Positions 39,120-47,291 of a DNA stretch of 64,000 nucleotides are shown piece by piece. Below the pieces are notes generated by a model. It made no database searches and was not told where the DNA came from. It saw only the letters and a list, made by a program, of their open reading frames with translations. How positions within the stretch are numbered: position 1 is the first letter of the stretch; every line of letters begins with the position of its first letter. A program made the position numbers and the translations under genes. The stretch is taken from the IMG/VR virus record IMGVR_UViG_3300042397_000787. The stretch is one strand, 5' to 3'. Source of the stretch: a virus.

Positions 39120-39494
39120 AGGTGATAGTTTTATTCTGTTTCGAGGGAAAACTATCAAAAACCCAATGAGATTATGCGGCTAGCGCATATCCTGCAAAGG
39201 CAACGTTATCGTTTGCATTTACGTTTAGTGGCACTTTGCCAAGCAATCAGTCTCGAACCGCCCTATTACACGAAAATCGAATTCCAAGGTCACCCCCATC
39301 AACAAGAAACTCATCTAGGCAAGTACCGCAGCAAAAATCATCTTCTATTATACGCGCTCTTAAATCTTCTAGGTTAGTATACTGAGAGTCACGTATGTCA
39401 CGACAACTGCAAATTACCATAATTTCCTCTTGGTGGAGGTGCGGGGAGTCGAACCCCGGTCTTTCCGCCTTTATTGTTGATTGTCAACAACTGA
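39120..39494 (-). ncRNA. ssrA: Circularly permuted (two-piece, alphaproteobacterial-type) tmRNA
   Basis: Acceptor piece first (T-arm CGGGG-TTCGACT-CCCCG, CACCTCC-A-CCA ending at 39431), then a 133-nt intervening segment, then the coding piece starting GGGGGTG at 39297 (G3:U70 Ala identity pair). Tag frame 39216-39172 = ANDNVAFAGYALAA*. Outer ends are approximate. Confidence 0.92.
39247..39420 (-). CDS. Bfd-like [2Fe-2S] small protein nested in the tmRNA gene (57 aa)
   Basis: GAGGA RBS right after the tmRNA CCA; MVICSCRDIRDSQY...DFCCGTCLDEF has CxC...CxxC like bacterioferritin-associated ferredoxins. Confidence 0.65.
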   Translation of the reverse strand: MVICSCRDIRDSQYTNLEDLRARIIEDDFCCGTCLDEFLVDGGDLGIRFSCNRAVRD

Positions 39495-39499
39495 TAATC

Positions 39500-39530
39500 T
39501 ATTTATACACTAGTTTGCTTTGGAAGTCAA
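39500..39530 (-). promoter_or_regulatory. Composite sigma70 (TTGACT-17-TATAAA) and T4 late (TATAAATA) promoter for tmRNA
   Basis: -35 at 39530-39525, -10 at 39507-39502, late motif at 39507-39500. Confidence 0.75.
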
Positions 39531-39546
39531 CAGTTTTTTATATTCT

Positions 39547-40113
39547 TCACGCCGCAGCATCGATTACAAATGACCAGAATGATGTGCCAGGGTAGAACGT
39601 AGCAGGTTTACCGAGTTGTTGCTCTAGTCGTTTTACGTTCTCAACTACGTCTGGCCAACCGGGTGGCCACACGACTTCTGGCCAGCCCTCCACATAGTCA
39701 TGGCCGCACAGTAGACCACCACTTTTTAGATTTCTCAGTCCATATTGAATGATATGCCAGTCATTTGGATTAGTGTGTGCGGCATCGACAAAGAATATAT
39801 CTGCAGGGTTGTTTACATATTCCGAGTATTTAAAATACGGACAGGCAGCGCGGATGCTATGAATATTTGGTATATCCTTAGTGTTCTTGTGGAACTCACC
39901 ATGGAAATCTGTGTCTGTCTGCGGGGCATAAAATGTGTCTACACAATATACATTTACAGAGGGATGGCAGGACTTTGCCCATGTATATGCGCTACGTCCG
40001 TAGAGACTGCCGATCTCCATGATGACTCCATTCTCTGGAACCTCATTCGCCCATTTCTCGATTTGATGAAGTTCTTGCTCGGTCATCCAACCGGGAATTT
40101 CTAAATTAACCAT
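39547..40113 (-). CDS. Class I SAM-dependent methyltransferase (Methyltransf_24-like)
   Basis: IPGWM, MEIGSLYGRS, YCVDTF, FFVDAAH, LKSGGLLCGHDY. Confidence 0.8.
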   Translation of the reverse strand: MVNLEIPGWMTEQELHQIEKWANEVPENGVIMEIGSLYGRSAYTWAKSCHPSVNVYCVDTFYAPQTDTDFHGEFHKNTKDIPNIHSIRAACPYFKYSEYVNNPADIFFVDAAHTNPNDWHIIQYGLRNLKSGGLLCGHDYVEGWPEVVWPPGWPDVVENVKRLEQQLGKPATFYPGTSFWSFVIDAAA

Positions 40114-40122
40114 TATATTATC

Positions 40123-40467
40123 CTATAGATTAAAATTGATACTCTCTCCGCAGCCGCAGCTACTAGAAGCAAGCGGTGCTTGTATTTCAATGACGCTACC
40201 AATAATATCAACTTTTTTATTAACGGTGCTACCTATAAGATATAGTTCCGACGGTCTATCCAGCCAGAACGTCCAATCATCATACTCTTGTGGAAAGTCA
40301 TCTTCTACGAGTTCGTCAGCACTCTTTACCAAATCCCACTTGTAACTGAACCCGGCACATCCACCTCCTGCGAGAGATAGTCGAACACCTAGTGCGTTAT
40401 TTGAAACTGAGACATTACGAAAATGCTCAAGTGCGGATTCCGTAAACTGTATGCGGTCTTTTATCAT
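40123..40467 (-). CDS. iscA: A-type Fe-S cluster carrier (IscA/SufA/ErpA, HesB family)
   Basis: IQFTESA, GVRLSLAGGGCAGFSY, SSCGCGESI. Start taken at ATG 40467, 5 nt after AATAAATA. Confidence 0.88.
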   Translation of the reverse strand: MIKDRIQFTESALEHFRNVSVSNNALGVRLSLAGGGCAGFSYKWDLVKSADELVEDDFPQEYDDWTFWLDRPSELYLIGSTVNKKVDIIGSVIEIQAPLASSSCGCGESINFNL

Positions 40468-40471
40468 CAAA

Positions 40472-41140
40472 CTATTTATTACGACTCGCTTCGAATAAAT
40501 CACGAGTTTCGATAAGTTTTTTGGCCCAGTTGTCGCGCTTTTCTACAAACACCTGAGGCTCATCGCCATCTACAGCAATCAAGATAACAAGAAAGGGAAC
40601 AGGAATACCAGTTCGTTCTTCATACATGATTGCATATGCAGCGGTCTGCATAAAGTAGGAACTGATATATTCCTTCTTCTTGGGCCGATTAGAAGTCTTA
40701 AAGTCGATTACGGCGCGAATACCATTGTATTCTCCGATACAGTCAACGCGACCAGCCATACGCAGGAAGTCGCTGTATAATGCCAGCTCTTGGCAGTGAA
40801 TGTTATCGATAGGTTCAAGAATTGACTTAAACTTAGTAAACATTTCCTTGTCGAGCAAGGACGCTCTCACGCTATCAAAATCGACTTCTTCATTCTTTAA
40901 ATATGCTTCGGTAAGTGTGTGTATTTTAGTACCGCGAGTAGAAGCCTGCTTAGAAATGCGGTCGGCTTCTTCTTCACCAACGCGCTCACGCCACTTGTTG
41001 ATGCCATCTTTATTCAGAACACCGAGAACAGTGGTAGCAGAGGGATATCCAACACCCGAGGCATTGACATAAACTCTGCTACCATCTTCTCTTGTTTCAT
41101 CTTGGGCGAAATCAGTATAATCATAGATCGTTTTAAACAT
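40472..41140 (-). CDS. PD-(D/E)xK exonuclease (Cas4/RecB-like phage exonuclease)
   Basis: YPSATTVL, WRERVGEEEA, RGT.IH, AGRVDCI, IDFKTS, YFMQTAAYA.MYEE. Confidence 0.85.
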   Translation of the reverse strand: MFKTIYDYTDFAQDETREDGSRVYVNASGVGYPSATTVLGVLNKDGINKWRERVGEEEADRISKQASTRGTKIHTLTEAYLKNEEVDFDSVRASLLDKEMFTKFKSILEPIDNIHCQELALYSDFLRMAGRVDCIGEYNGIRAVIDFKTSNRPKKKEYISSYFMQTAAYAIMYEERTGIPVPFLVILIAVDGDEPQVFVEKRDNWAKKLIETRDLFEASRNK

Positions 41141-41145
41141 ATACT

Positions 41146-41174
41146 CTTATAACATGATTCGCATAGTTTGTCAA
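41146..41174 (-). promoter_or_regulatory. Sigma70-type promoter TTGACA-17-TATAAG
   Basis: Ends 5 nt upstream of the exonuclease ATG; no RBS, so probably leaderless. Confidence 0.7.
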
Positions 41175-41179
41175 GTCTT

Positions 41180-41935
41180 TTATGCGTATCTCTCCTCATA
41201 TTCTAATCTGGCCAGAATATATTCTTTAACCAATTTGGACCTTACTATATCATGAACAGAAAACTCTACAGTTTTGAACGAGGGCATTAGTTCGGCGATA
41301 GCGATGAACTTTTGAAGTCCAGACATATCGGTCTTTTTATATAGATCAGTCTGTCGGAAATCTCCGCAGAATATGATCTTTGAGTTTCTGCCAATTCTGG
41401 TCATAATTGAATTTAATTCCATATCCGTCATATTCTGACATTCATCAACGATGACGATGGAATTATCTAGAGTGATACCACGAACAAATGAAGTGATCAT
41501 AAAGTTCACTGACTTTTGTTCTTGCAATCGCTGAAATGGCTGGATATGATTAAACAAATCCTCGCAGATTTCTACATAAGGTAACTGATAAACTTCTGTC
41601 TTTTCTTTTTCATCACCAGGTAGGTGACCAATTTCTCTTGATGGAACAGCAGAGCGGACTATTACTACTCGCTCAAATACTGTTTCTGGATCTAGTGCTT
41701 CTTCTAGTGCCTTAAAAAGCGCGATGTATGTTTTCCCTGTTCCTGCTACACCGTGAAGTAATATTGCTGCGGACTGTTGATTATAAAGTTCAAAAAATTG
41801 TCTCTGATTAAAGGTTTTTGGTTGAATATTTTTTAGGTCTTCGTATTTTACTTTGCATAGCTTACTCTTCTCTAGGGTTACGGGCGAGTCATTATTTGAG
41901 ACAACTTGTAAGGCGTTTTGTTTTCTTCTTGACAT
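41180..41935 (-). CDS. phoH: PhoH-family ATPase
   Basis: PKTFNQ, GVAGTGKT (Walker A), IGHLPG, RGITLDNSIVIVDECQN, TRIG, GDFRQTDL, DIVRS.LV. Confidence 0.93.
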   Translation of the reverse strand: MSRRKQNALQVVSNNDSPVTLEKSKLCKVKYEDLKNIQPKTFNQRQFFELYNQQSAAILLHGVAGTGKTYIALFKALEEALDPETVFERVVIVRSAVPSREIGHLPGDEKEKTEVYQLPYVEICEDLFNHIQPFQRLQEQKSVNFMITSFVRGITLDNSIVIVDECQNMTDMELNSIMTRIGRNSKIIFCGDFRQTDLYKKTDMSGLQKFIAIAELMPSFKTVEFSVHDIVRSKLVKEYILARLEYEERYA

Positions 41936-41964
41936 AACAGTCCTTTGAGGTTTGAGGTTGATAC

Positions 41965-41996
41965 AAAAAAGGCGACACTGCAATAGCAGAGTCGCC
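41965..41996 (-). terminator. Intrinsic terminator upstream of phoH
   Basis: GGCGAC-TCTGC-TATT-GCAG-TGTCGCC followed by T6 on the - strand. Confidence 0.7.
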
Positions 41997-42061
41997 TAGT
42001 GCCGAGGGAGGCACGATGGATTCGGGAAGAGAAATCGGTATAACTGTCTTCATGTAGTTAT

Positions 42062-42610
42062 TTATTGTGTATCATCTTTCCACCAGCAAGGAATTTCACG
42101 ATTTTTCCATTTTGCCATAGTTTTTTTTGCGCCGATATAATAGTTACGATATGATTGTAAGGAATCACCTTGTACCTTGTATTCATCTGGCATCGCAGGC
42201 GTCGGCTGTGTTAGATAACTTACCGGAATATTTTTGGGTGGCTTGCGAAGAAAATAAACTAATCGGTCGGTCGCATGAATTTTACCATACCGATAAGTGT
42301 ATTCTGCCAGTAGGGATTGGAATAGACATACAAGCCAGTTATAATTATTGTTAGACTGGCGAACCCAGATAGCACTCGGATGATTGATATGTGTTGCTTT
42401 GTAGAGAACTGTTTCAAGGGTGTTGTCTTCCATACGCCAACGCTTGATTGAACGGCCATTCGCAGTTTTGTCTAGGTATTGTTCACCGTCGATTACGCGA
42501 TGTGCAGTAGATAACAGTTGTGCATATTCTAAGATCATCTTAACGACATGCTTGTCATTATGATATTCAGCACATTTGGAAACGTCACGATCCAAATAAA
42601 AGATATTCAT
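42062..42610 (-). CDS. Pyrimidine-dimer DNA glycosylase / DenV-like family protein
   Basis: MNIFYLD...HNDKHVVKMILEYAQLLSTAH, YKATHINHPS..W, EYTYRYGKIH, PAMPDEYK, YRNYY. Confidence 0.75.
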   Translation of the reverse strand: MNIFYLDRDVSKCAEYHNDKHVVKMILEYAQLLSTAHRVIDGEQYLDKTANGRSIKRWRMEDNTLETVLYKATHINHPSAIWVRQSNNNYNWLVCLFQSLLAEYTYRYGKIHATDRLVYFLRKPPKNIPVSYLTQPTPAMPDEYKVQGDSLQSYRNYYIGAKKTMAKWKNREIPCWWKDDTQ

Positions 42611-42616
42611 GATATA

Positions 42617-42886
42617 TTAACTTTCTTCGATAGATTCACGTATGCAGCGTATATGCTCTTTTGCTACACTTGATATTATATCAGATTCCCTCGCAATGTC
42701 AAGACATTCTATAACTTCAATTGGGTCCATTTCTAATAAATCGTCCATCATGTTTCTTTCTGGTGTAACTCCGAAAGCATTGACGCAAAATAAAACAAGC
42801 TCCACATCGGCATCCGTATATAACGGTATGCGATAGCGTCTAGGTTCCTTACGAAATCTATCTGGAAACTGGAGGATGTTATTCAT
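42617..42886 (-). CDS. Hypothetical protein
   Basis: 89-aa ORF; AATAAATA lies 5 nt upstream of its ATG. Confidence 0.6.
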   Translation of the reverse strand: MNNILQFPDRFRKEPRRYRIPLYTDADVELVLFCVNAFGVTPERNMMDDLLEMDPIEVIECLDIARESDIISSVAKEHIRCIRESIEES

Positions 42887-42897
42887 GTTAATATTTA

Positions 42898-44331
42898 TTA
42901 GGAAAAGACTTTTACCATGTATTTCGCCTCGAAATCATCCGCGTCTTTGAAGTTATTCACCATGGGCATACCCTTGATATTAAGACTAGTATTCAATAGC
43001 ATTGGACAGCCGGTTTCTTCATACCACCTACTAAGAAGTTCATACAGTCCAGAGTGTTGCTCTTTTGTCACAGTTTGGACGCGACTTGTACCATCAGCAT
43101 GGACAATAGCAGGAAACTGATCAGGATATTTACATCTTGAAGTATATTGCATATAAGGGGAGTCTTCCCATGACATCTCAAAGTAGTCTCTCGCATGTTC
43201 TGCCAAAATAACTGGAGCGAATGGCCGAAATTTTTGACGCTTTTTAATGGCATTTACTTTATCCTTAATGTCATGTCCTCTTGGATCAGCTAGAAGGCTG
43301 CGATTACCTAATGCTCTAGGACCAAATTCAGCTTGACCATTTGCAACTCCTACTATACTAGCCTTATGCAATTCTGTCAAGAGTTTTTCTACTGGATATT
43401 CTCCTCCCATATCTGCACCTAGATATGGACCCTTCCAGTTCAATTTTTGTCTGTTGTTAGCTGCAATCGCACCCAAAGAACTACCCGAATCTCCAGGATT
43501 AGGCATAATCCAGACATTATCAAAATACTTTCGTGCAATATGATTTGCACTACAGTTTAACGCACAACCACCCATAAGAACGAGATTATTTTGTCCGGGG
43601 TCTTTCATTTTTGCTCGTATCAGAAGTTTTTCGAATTCTTCTTCATAGACTTTTTGAGTTGCCGCAGCGACACTATAAATGTCCAGGTCTCCATCATCTG
43701 GCCTCCACCAGCGACATCCACGATGCAGGTTCTCAGATTTCCAAAGATTTTTTACTTCATCATAATACTTTCCAGGATCACCATATGCTACCATTCCCAT
43801 TAAGATATATTCGTCTTCATTGGGCTTTAACCCAATTCTATCTGTCATAGCAGAATAGAACAGGCCCAAAGACTTGGGATAGTCCATAGACCATTTCTTT
43901 TTGAGTTTACTACCAGAACATTTCCAGATTGATGCAGTATCGAATTCCCCAATAGCATCAATAACAAGAGCGGTTGCATCATCATATGGCGAAGTGTAAA
44001 AGCCAGCAGCGGCATGTGACTCGTGGTGATAAGCAAACTCTACCGGAATATCTTTTAGACCAAAATGTTCAAGATACTGCCTGACACTAAATCGAATCAG
44101 TCCCTGACCGGCTAACAGTCTTCTCATTGCCCTAAGTTTAGGCTTTTCATACCAGTGAATTTTTTCTGGTTTGCCAAATTTCAAAGCAGCATGAATTAAA
44201 TCATCATTTAAGTCTTTGTCGTTTTTGATACCAGAATATCTTTCTGCATGGGAAGCAAACAAAATTTCATTGCCAGAAACAACAGTCAAAGACGCATCGT
44301 GTGCGGCCGCAGATATACCCCATTCAATCAT
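42898..44331 (-). CDS. Carbamoyltransferase (NodU/CmcH/TobZ family)
   Basis: HDAS, HAERYS..KND, HHESHAAAG, IDAIGE, SLGLFYS, GGCALNC, PGDSG, EFGPRALGNRS, FRPFAP, HADGTSRVQTV, LLNTSLN. Confidence 0.93.
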   Translation of the reverse strand: MIEWGISAAAHDASLTVVSGNEILFASHAERYSGIKNDKDLNDDLIHAALKFGKPEKIHWYEKPKLRAMRRLLAGQGLIRFSVRQYLEHFGLKDIPVEFAYHHESHAAAGFYTSPYDDATALVIDAIGEFDTASIWKCSGSKLKKKWSMDYPKSLGLFYSAMTDRIGLKPNEDEYILMGMVAYGDPGKYYDEVKNLWKSENLHRGCRWWRPDDGDLDIYSVAAATQKVYEEEFEKLLIRAKMKDPGQNNLVLMGGCALNCSANHIARKYFDNVWIMPNPGDSGSSLGAIAANNRQKLNWKGPYLGADMGGEYPVEKLLTELHKASIVGVANGQAEFGPRALGNRSLLADPRGHDIKDKVNAIKKRQKFRPFAPVILAEHARDYFEMSWEDSPYMQYTSRCKYPDQFPAIVHADGTSRVQTVTKEQHSGLYELLSRWYEETGCPMLLNTSLNIKGMPMVNNFKDADDFEAKYMVKVFS

Positions 44332-44339
44332 AAAGAATC

Positions 44340-45215
44340 CTATTTTGGTTTTATCAAATAATCATATATTTCGGTAGCAAACATTTTGTGGGCTTCGATG
44401 CCAGCATGTCCATAAGCACATCTTTCACCCTTATATTTATACATTGAGCCAACAGGTACAAAATTCAATCTATCAAATGTATCTTTATAAATCGTTTTTA
44501 GACGTTTAATTAAATCAATGTCTGTTTTTGTTTTTAAGAATTTTAAATTAGAATGCTGACTAGATGGATCATCAGGATAAGGAATGTAGGGATGCGTTTC
44601 TATAAAAATATGTGGTATATTTTCTTGGTGTAAAGCAGTTTGTATTGACCGTAAAATAATCATATTGTTCAGGGCCACTTGATATTCGTTATTAATTTGT
44701 ATCAGTGCATCATATAAGGTCTCTAGTTTATTTAATGTATGTCTATGAGACATAATAAAGTTGTGTAAATTACCTTCTTCATCTATGATCATATCTCTTA
44801 CAGGAGATGTCGCTCCTATAAATACCACATCTCCATCTTTGTAATAACCATTTGCTATATCCGACAGTATATTAAACAATATCTTTTTTTGAGAAGTGCC
44901 TGGTTCAGCAAAGTTCACATATTCCGTGGATAACATATCACTAAGATGTTTTGCGTATGAATATTGATTGCACAATTTCACATATCGGTCATTAGCTGAT
45001 TCCGAACACCTTGGATCTAACATGGCATAAACTTTACTGTATAGTTGTGCGTTCCAGTTGCTGCGCCCATATCTCATTTTCAAAGTATTGACTTCTTTGA
45101 GCGACATATCGAATATATCCGCATCTGCCAATTCGGACCCAGCAGTATTGGAACAGCCATAAAAAATTGTTCTTTTTATGTTGCATTCTTCAATATTATG
45201 GTATCGGATCGACAC
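44340..45215 (-). CDS. SGNH-hydrolase-like protein
   Basis: FYGCSNTAG (block I-like), NFAEPGTS (block II), C-terminal GHAG..AH. Confidence 0.5.
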   Translation of the reverse strand: MSIRYHNIEECNIKRTIFYGCSNTAGSELADADIFDMSLKEVNTLKMRYGRSNWNAQLYSKVYAMLDPRCSESANDRYVKLCNQYSYAKHLSDMLSTEYVNFAEPGTSQKKILFNILSDIANGYYKDGDVVFIGATSPVRDMIIDEEGNLHNFIMSHRHTLNKLETLYDALIQINNEYQVALNNMIILRSIQTALHQENIPHIFIETHPYIPYPDDPSSQHSNLKFLKTKTDIDLIKRLKTIYKDTFDRLNFVPVGSMYKYKGERCAYGHAGIEAHKMFATEIYDYLIKPK

Positions 45216-46329
45216 TTAGCTCATTCCACAAGTTATAAAATTTTATGTCTTTTTTAAGAAATTTTGTTTCTAATTCTTCAATCCAAGAATCTAATTGTAT
45301 CGTTTCATCTCTAACATTTGTAACTTCATTGTCGTCAACATGAGATAGAAGACTTTCTCTGATATTTACCAATTGAATGATATCAGAAGAAAAGTAGGAT
45401 TCATATTTGTCGATGCATATATCTAACTGATCTATTGCTAATTTTTTTATTTCAGGCGTAGCAGCAAAAATATTAAGTGAACGAGGAGAAGTCAATAGCT
45501 GAAATGTAATACCGTCATAATAGTCGCTGTAGTAAACATAATCACAGAATTCCACTAAACTTAAAGCACTGGGCAAACAATAGGTTGCATGAATAGTAAG
45601 TTTACTATCACTAAAATTTCTAATATATTTTACATTTTCCTCAAATGCATTCCATTTTGCACCATGTCTAATATATTCGAATTTGTCCTTAATAGTTTCA
45701 AAGCTAACTGCCCACTTAACTTTTTTTCCTAGAGTTAATAGCTTTTTAGCAACGTCATTGTTTTTAACATCTACCGCCATATTAGATAGGACATAGTAAA
45801 ACTTGTCAGGTAAAATATCAATTAAATCCAAATTTTGCTTCTGTAGTAGAGGCTCACCCCCTAGAAGTTGCACACTAAAAACGTCATCTGCATTCTGTTT
45901 TATAAACTCAAGCAATTGAGCATCGGTATCTTTCGAGTTCTTTTCAAAATTGTCTTGGAGTATAGATGCCCACTTAGAACTAAATTGTGAGTTACAGTAA
46001 ATACAACTTAGGTTACATGTGTTGTCCCATCTTAGATCCAGGGATGTCAATTGAAAATCTGTTGGTTCAGAGAAGTTTTTAGGATTAGTAATCTTTCGTT
46101 GTGATATACTTCCTCCTTTTTCTGCCAAATCACAATAAGAACAATAACTTTCTGGTTGGCCAAGTAGAATATTTTCACGAATTTTATTAGCCTTTTTCCC
46201 TAGTAACATCTCAGAAGGATTGTCTTTTTTTATGTTACCCAAAGGAAAAGAGCCAGCACAACAGAACTTAATATCTCCGTTGGTGTTGAGAAATAATCCA
46301 GTAAAAGGATATTCACAGAATTTATTCAT
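45196..46329 (-). CDS. Radical SAM enzyme with N-terminal SPASM/twitch-like Cys domain
   Basis: FCEYPF...FCC...CSYC; CNLSCIYC; LGGEP. Confidence 0.9.
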   Translation of the reverse strand: MNKFCEYPFTGLFLNTNGDIKFCCAGSFPLGNIKKDNPSEMLLGKKANKIRENILLGQPESYCSYCDLAEKGGSISQRKITNPKNFSEPTDFQLTSLDLRWDNTCNLSCIYCNSQFSSKWASILQDNFEKNSKDTDAQLLEFIKQNADDVFSVQLLGGEPLLQKQNLDLIDILPDKFYYVLSNMAVDVKNNDVAKKLLTLGKKVKWAVSFETIKDKFEYIRHGAKWNAFEENVKYIRNFSDSKLTIHATYCLPSALSLVEFCDYVYYSDYYDGITFQLLTSPRSLNIFAATPEIKKLAIDQLDICIDKYESYFSSDIIQLVNIRESLLSHVDDNEVTNVRDETIQLDSWIEELETKFLKKDIKFYNLWNELSVDPIP

Positions 46330-47191
46330 TAATCAAATACTTATATAGTTCTTCTGCCATCACTTGGTGTTCAGAAATTTTAGGATGACCGAAACCACAA
46401 TATTTTGGATGAGGCTCTAATGCATTCCAATTTCTACCATATTCATAACTCTTAAAATAATAATCAAGTTTCATGATGGAGGGCAAATCTTTACTTTTTT
46501 CTGCTATACGATACATATTTGATTGATAGAAAGTCGGATCTGAAATCCCTTTGAAAATATTATTGTAGTTAGTGGTGACATGAAAACTTTTTACTCTACC
46601 ATTTGTTCGATGGTAGAGATTATCAATATATTGAATTTGCCAGTAGGCATCCCAGCATATTTGATATGTGTTTCCCACGGTAGCTACATAATCTTTGTGA
46701 AATTTCGGCGAGGGCCAATCCGCATGATATGACAATAACGGCTTCTTCGTTATTCCATTCTCATTTAACCAAAACCATCTATTAGCACTTGTTAATCCAA
46801 ATAGAACTAAGTCTTTATCTCCGATTTTCCCAGTGGCCAGGTCTTCCTCATAGCAGTATATTGAATACTCCATGCCTGCTCCACCAAGCCCTCTGTTTAT
46901 CCAAGGAACGCCAAACTTATCTGCCAGCCAACGCGGCCATGCCACTTCTTTGGTACGGCGTATCTGTTCGCCCCAATCCCATCTGCCGTTCTCATCGAAT
47001 AAAGTTTTATCGGAACAATACTTCGGATTATAATATTTTGTATTCCACTCAGGACAGTATAATCCGCCCAAGTCAATTTTTGTTTTATCAACTTCGTATT
47101 CCGTTAACGCATCAACAAAAACATGATCTAGCGTTTCATCACCGGCAGTCATACTACAACCATAAGCAATGATTCTATCGAATTCAATCAT
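46322..47191 (-). CDS. SGNH-hydrolase-like protein
   Basis: AYGCSMTAG, NRGLGGAG, C-terminal GHP...H; paralogous to 44340-45215. Confidence 0.5.
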   Translation of the reverse strand: MIEFDRIIAYGCSMTAGDETLDHVFVDALTEYEVDKTKIDLGGLYCPEWNTKYYNPKYCSDKTLFDENGRWDWGEQIRRTKEVAWPRWLADKFGVPWINRGLGGAGMEYSIYCYEEDLATGKIGDKDLVLFGLTSANRWFWLNENGITKKPLLSYHADWPSPKFHKDYVATVGNTYQICWDAYWQIQYIDNLYHRTNGRVKSFHVTTNYNNIFKGISDPTFYQSNMYRIAEKSKDLPSIMKLDYYFKSYEYGRNWNALEPHPKYCGFGHPKISEHQVMAEELYKYLINE

Positions 47192-47291
47192 AAATGAACG
47201 GGTCCTGCTTTCGGATCTCAGCCAGTCTCTTTTTATACTTTTGCTTTAGAACATATGAATTATATAATCTTTGAATCCATTTAAACAACAT
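47184..47291 (-). CDS. Small basic peptide (35 aa, ...KKRLAEIRKQDPFIYD)
   Basis: Translated by hand: MLFKWIQRLYNSYVLKQKYKKRLAEIRKQDPFIYD; overlaps both neighbours and fills the gap exactly. Confidence 0.7.
   Translation of the reverse strand: MLFKWIQRLYNSYVLKQKYKKRLAEIRKQDPFIYD

Noticed and set aside
39431-39462. Stand-alone tRNA gene or attP-like tRNA 3' fragment
   Set aside because: No D or anticodon arm upstream; its acceptor strand pairs with GGGGGTG at 39297, so it is the tmRNA acceptor piece.
39174-39595. + strand ORFs of 67 and 66 aa
   Set aside because: Antisense to the tmRNA locus; no coding features.
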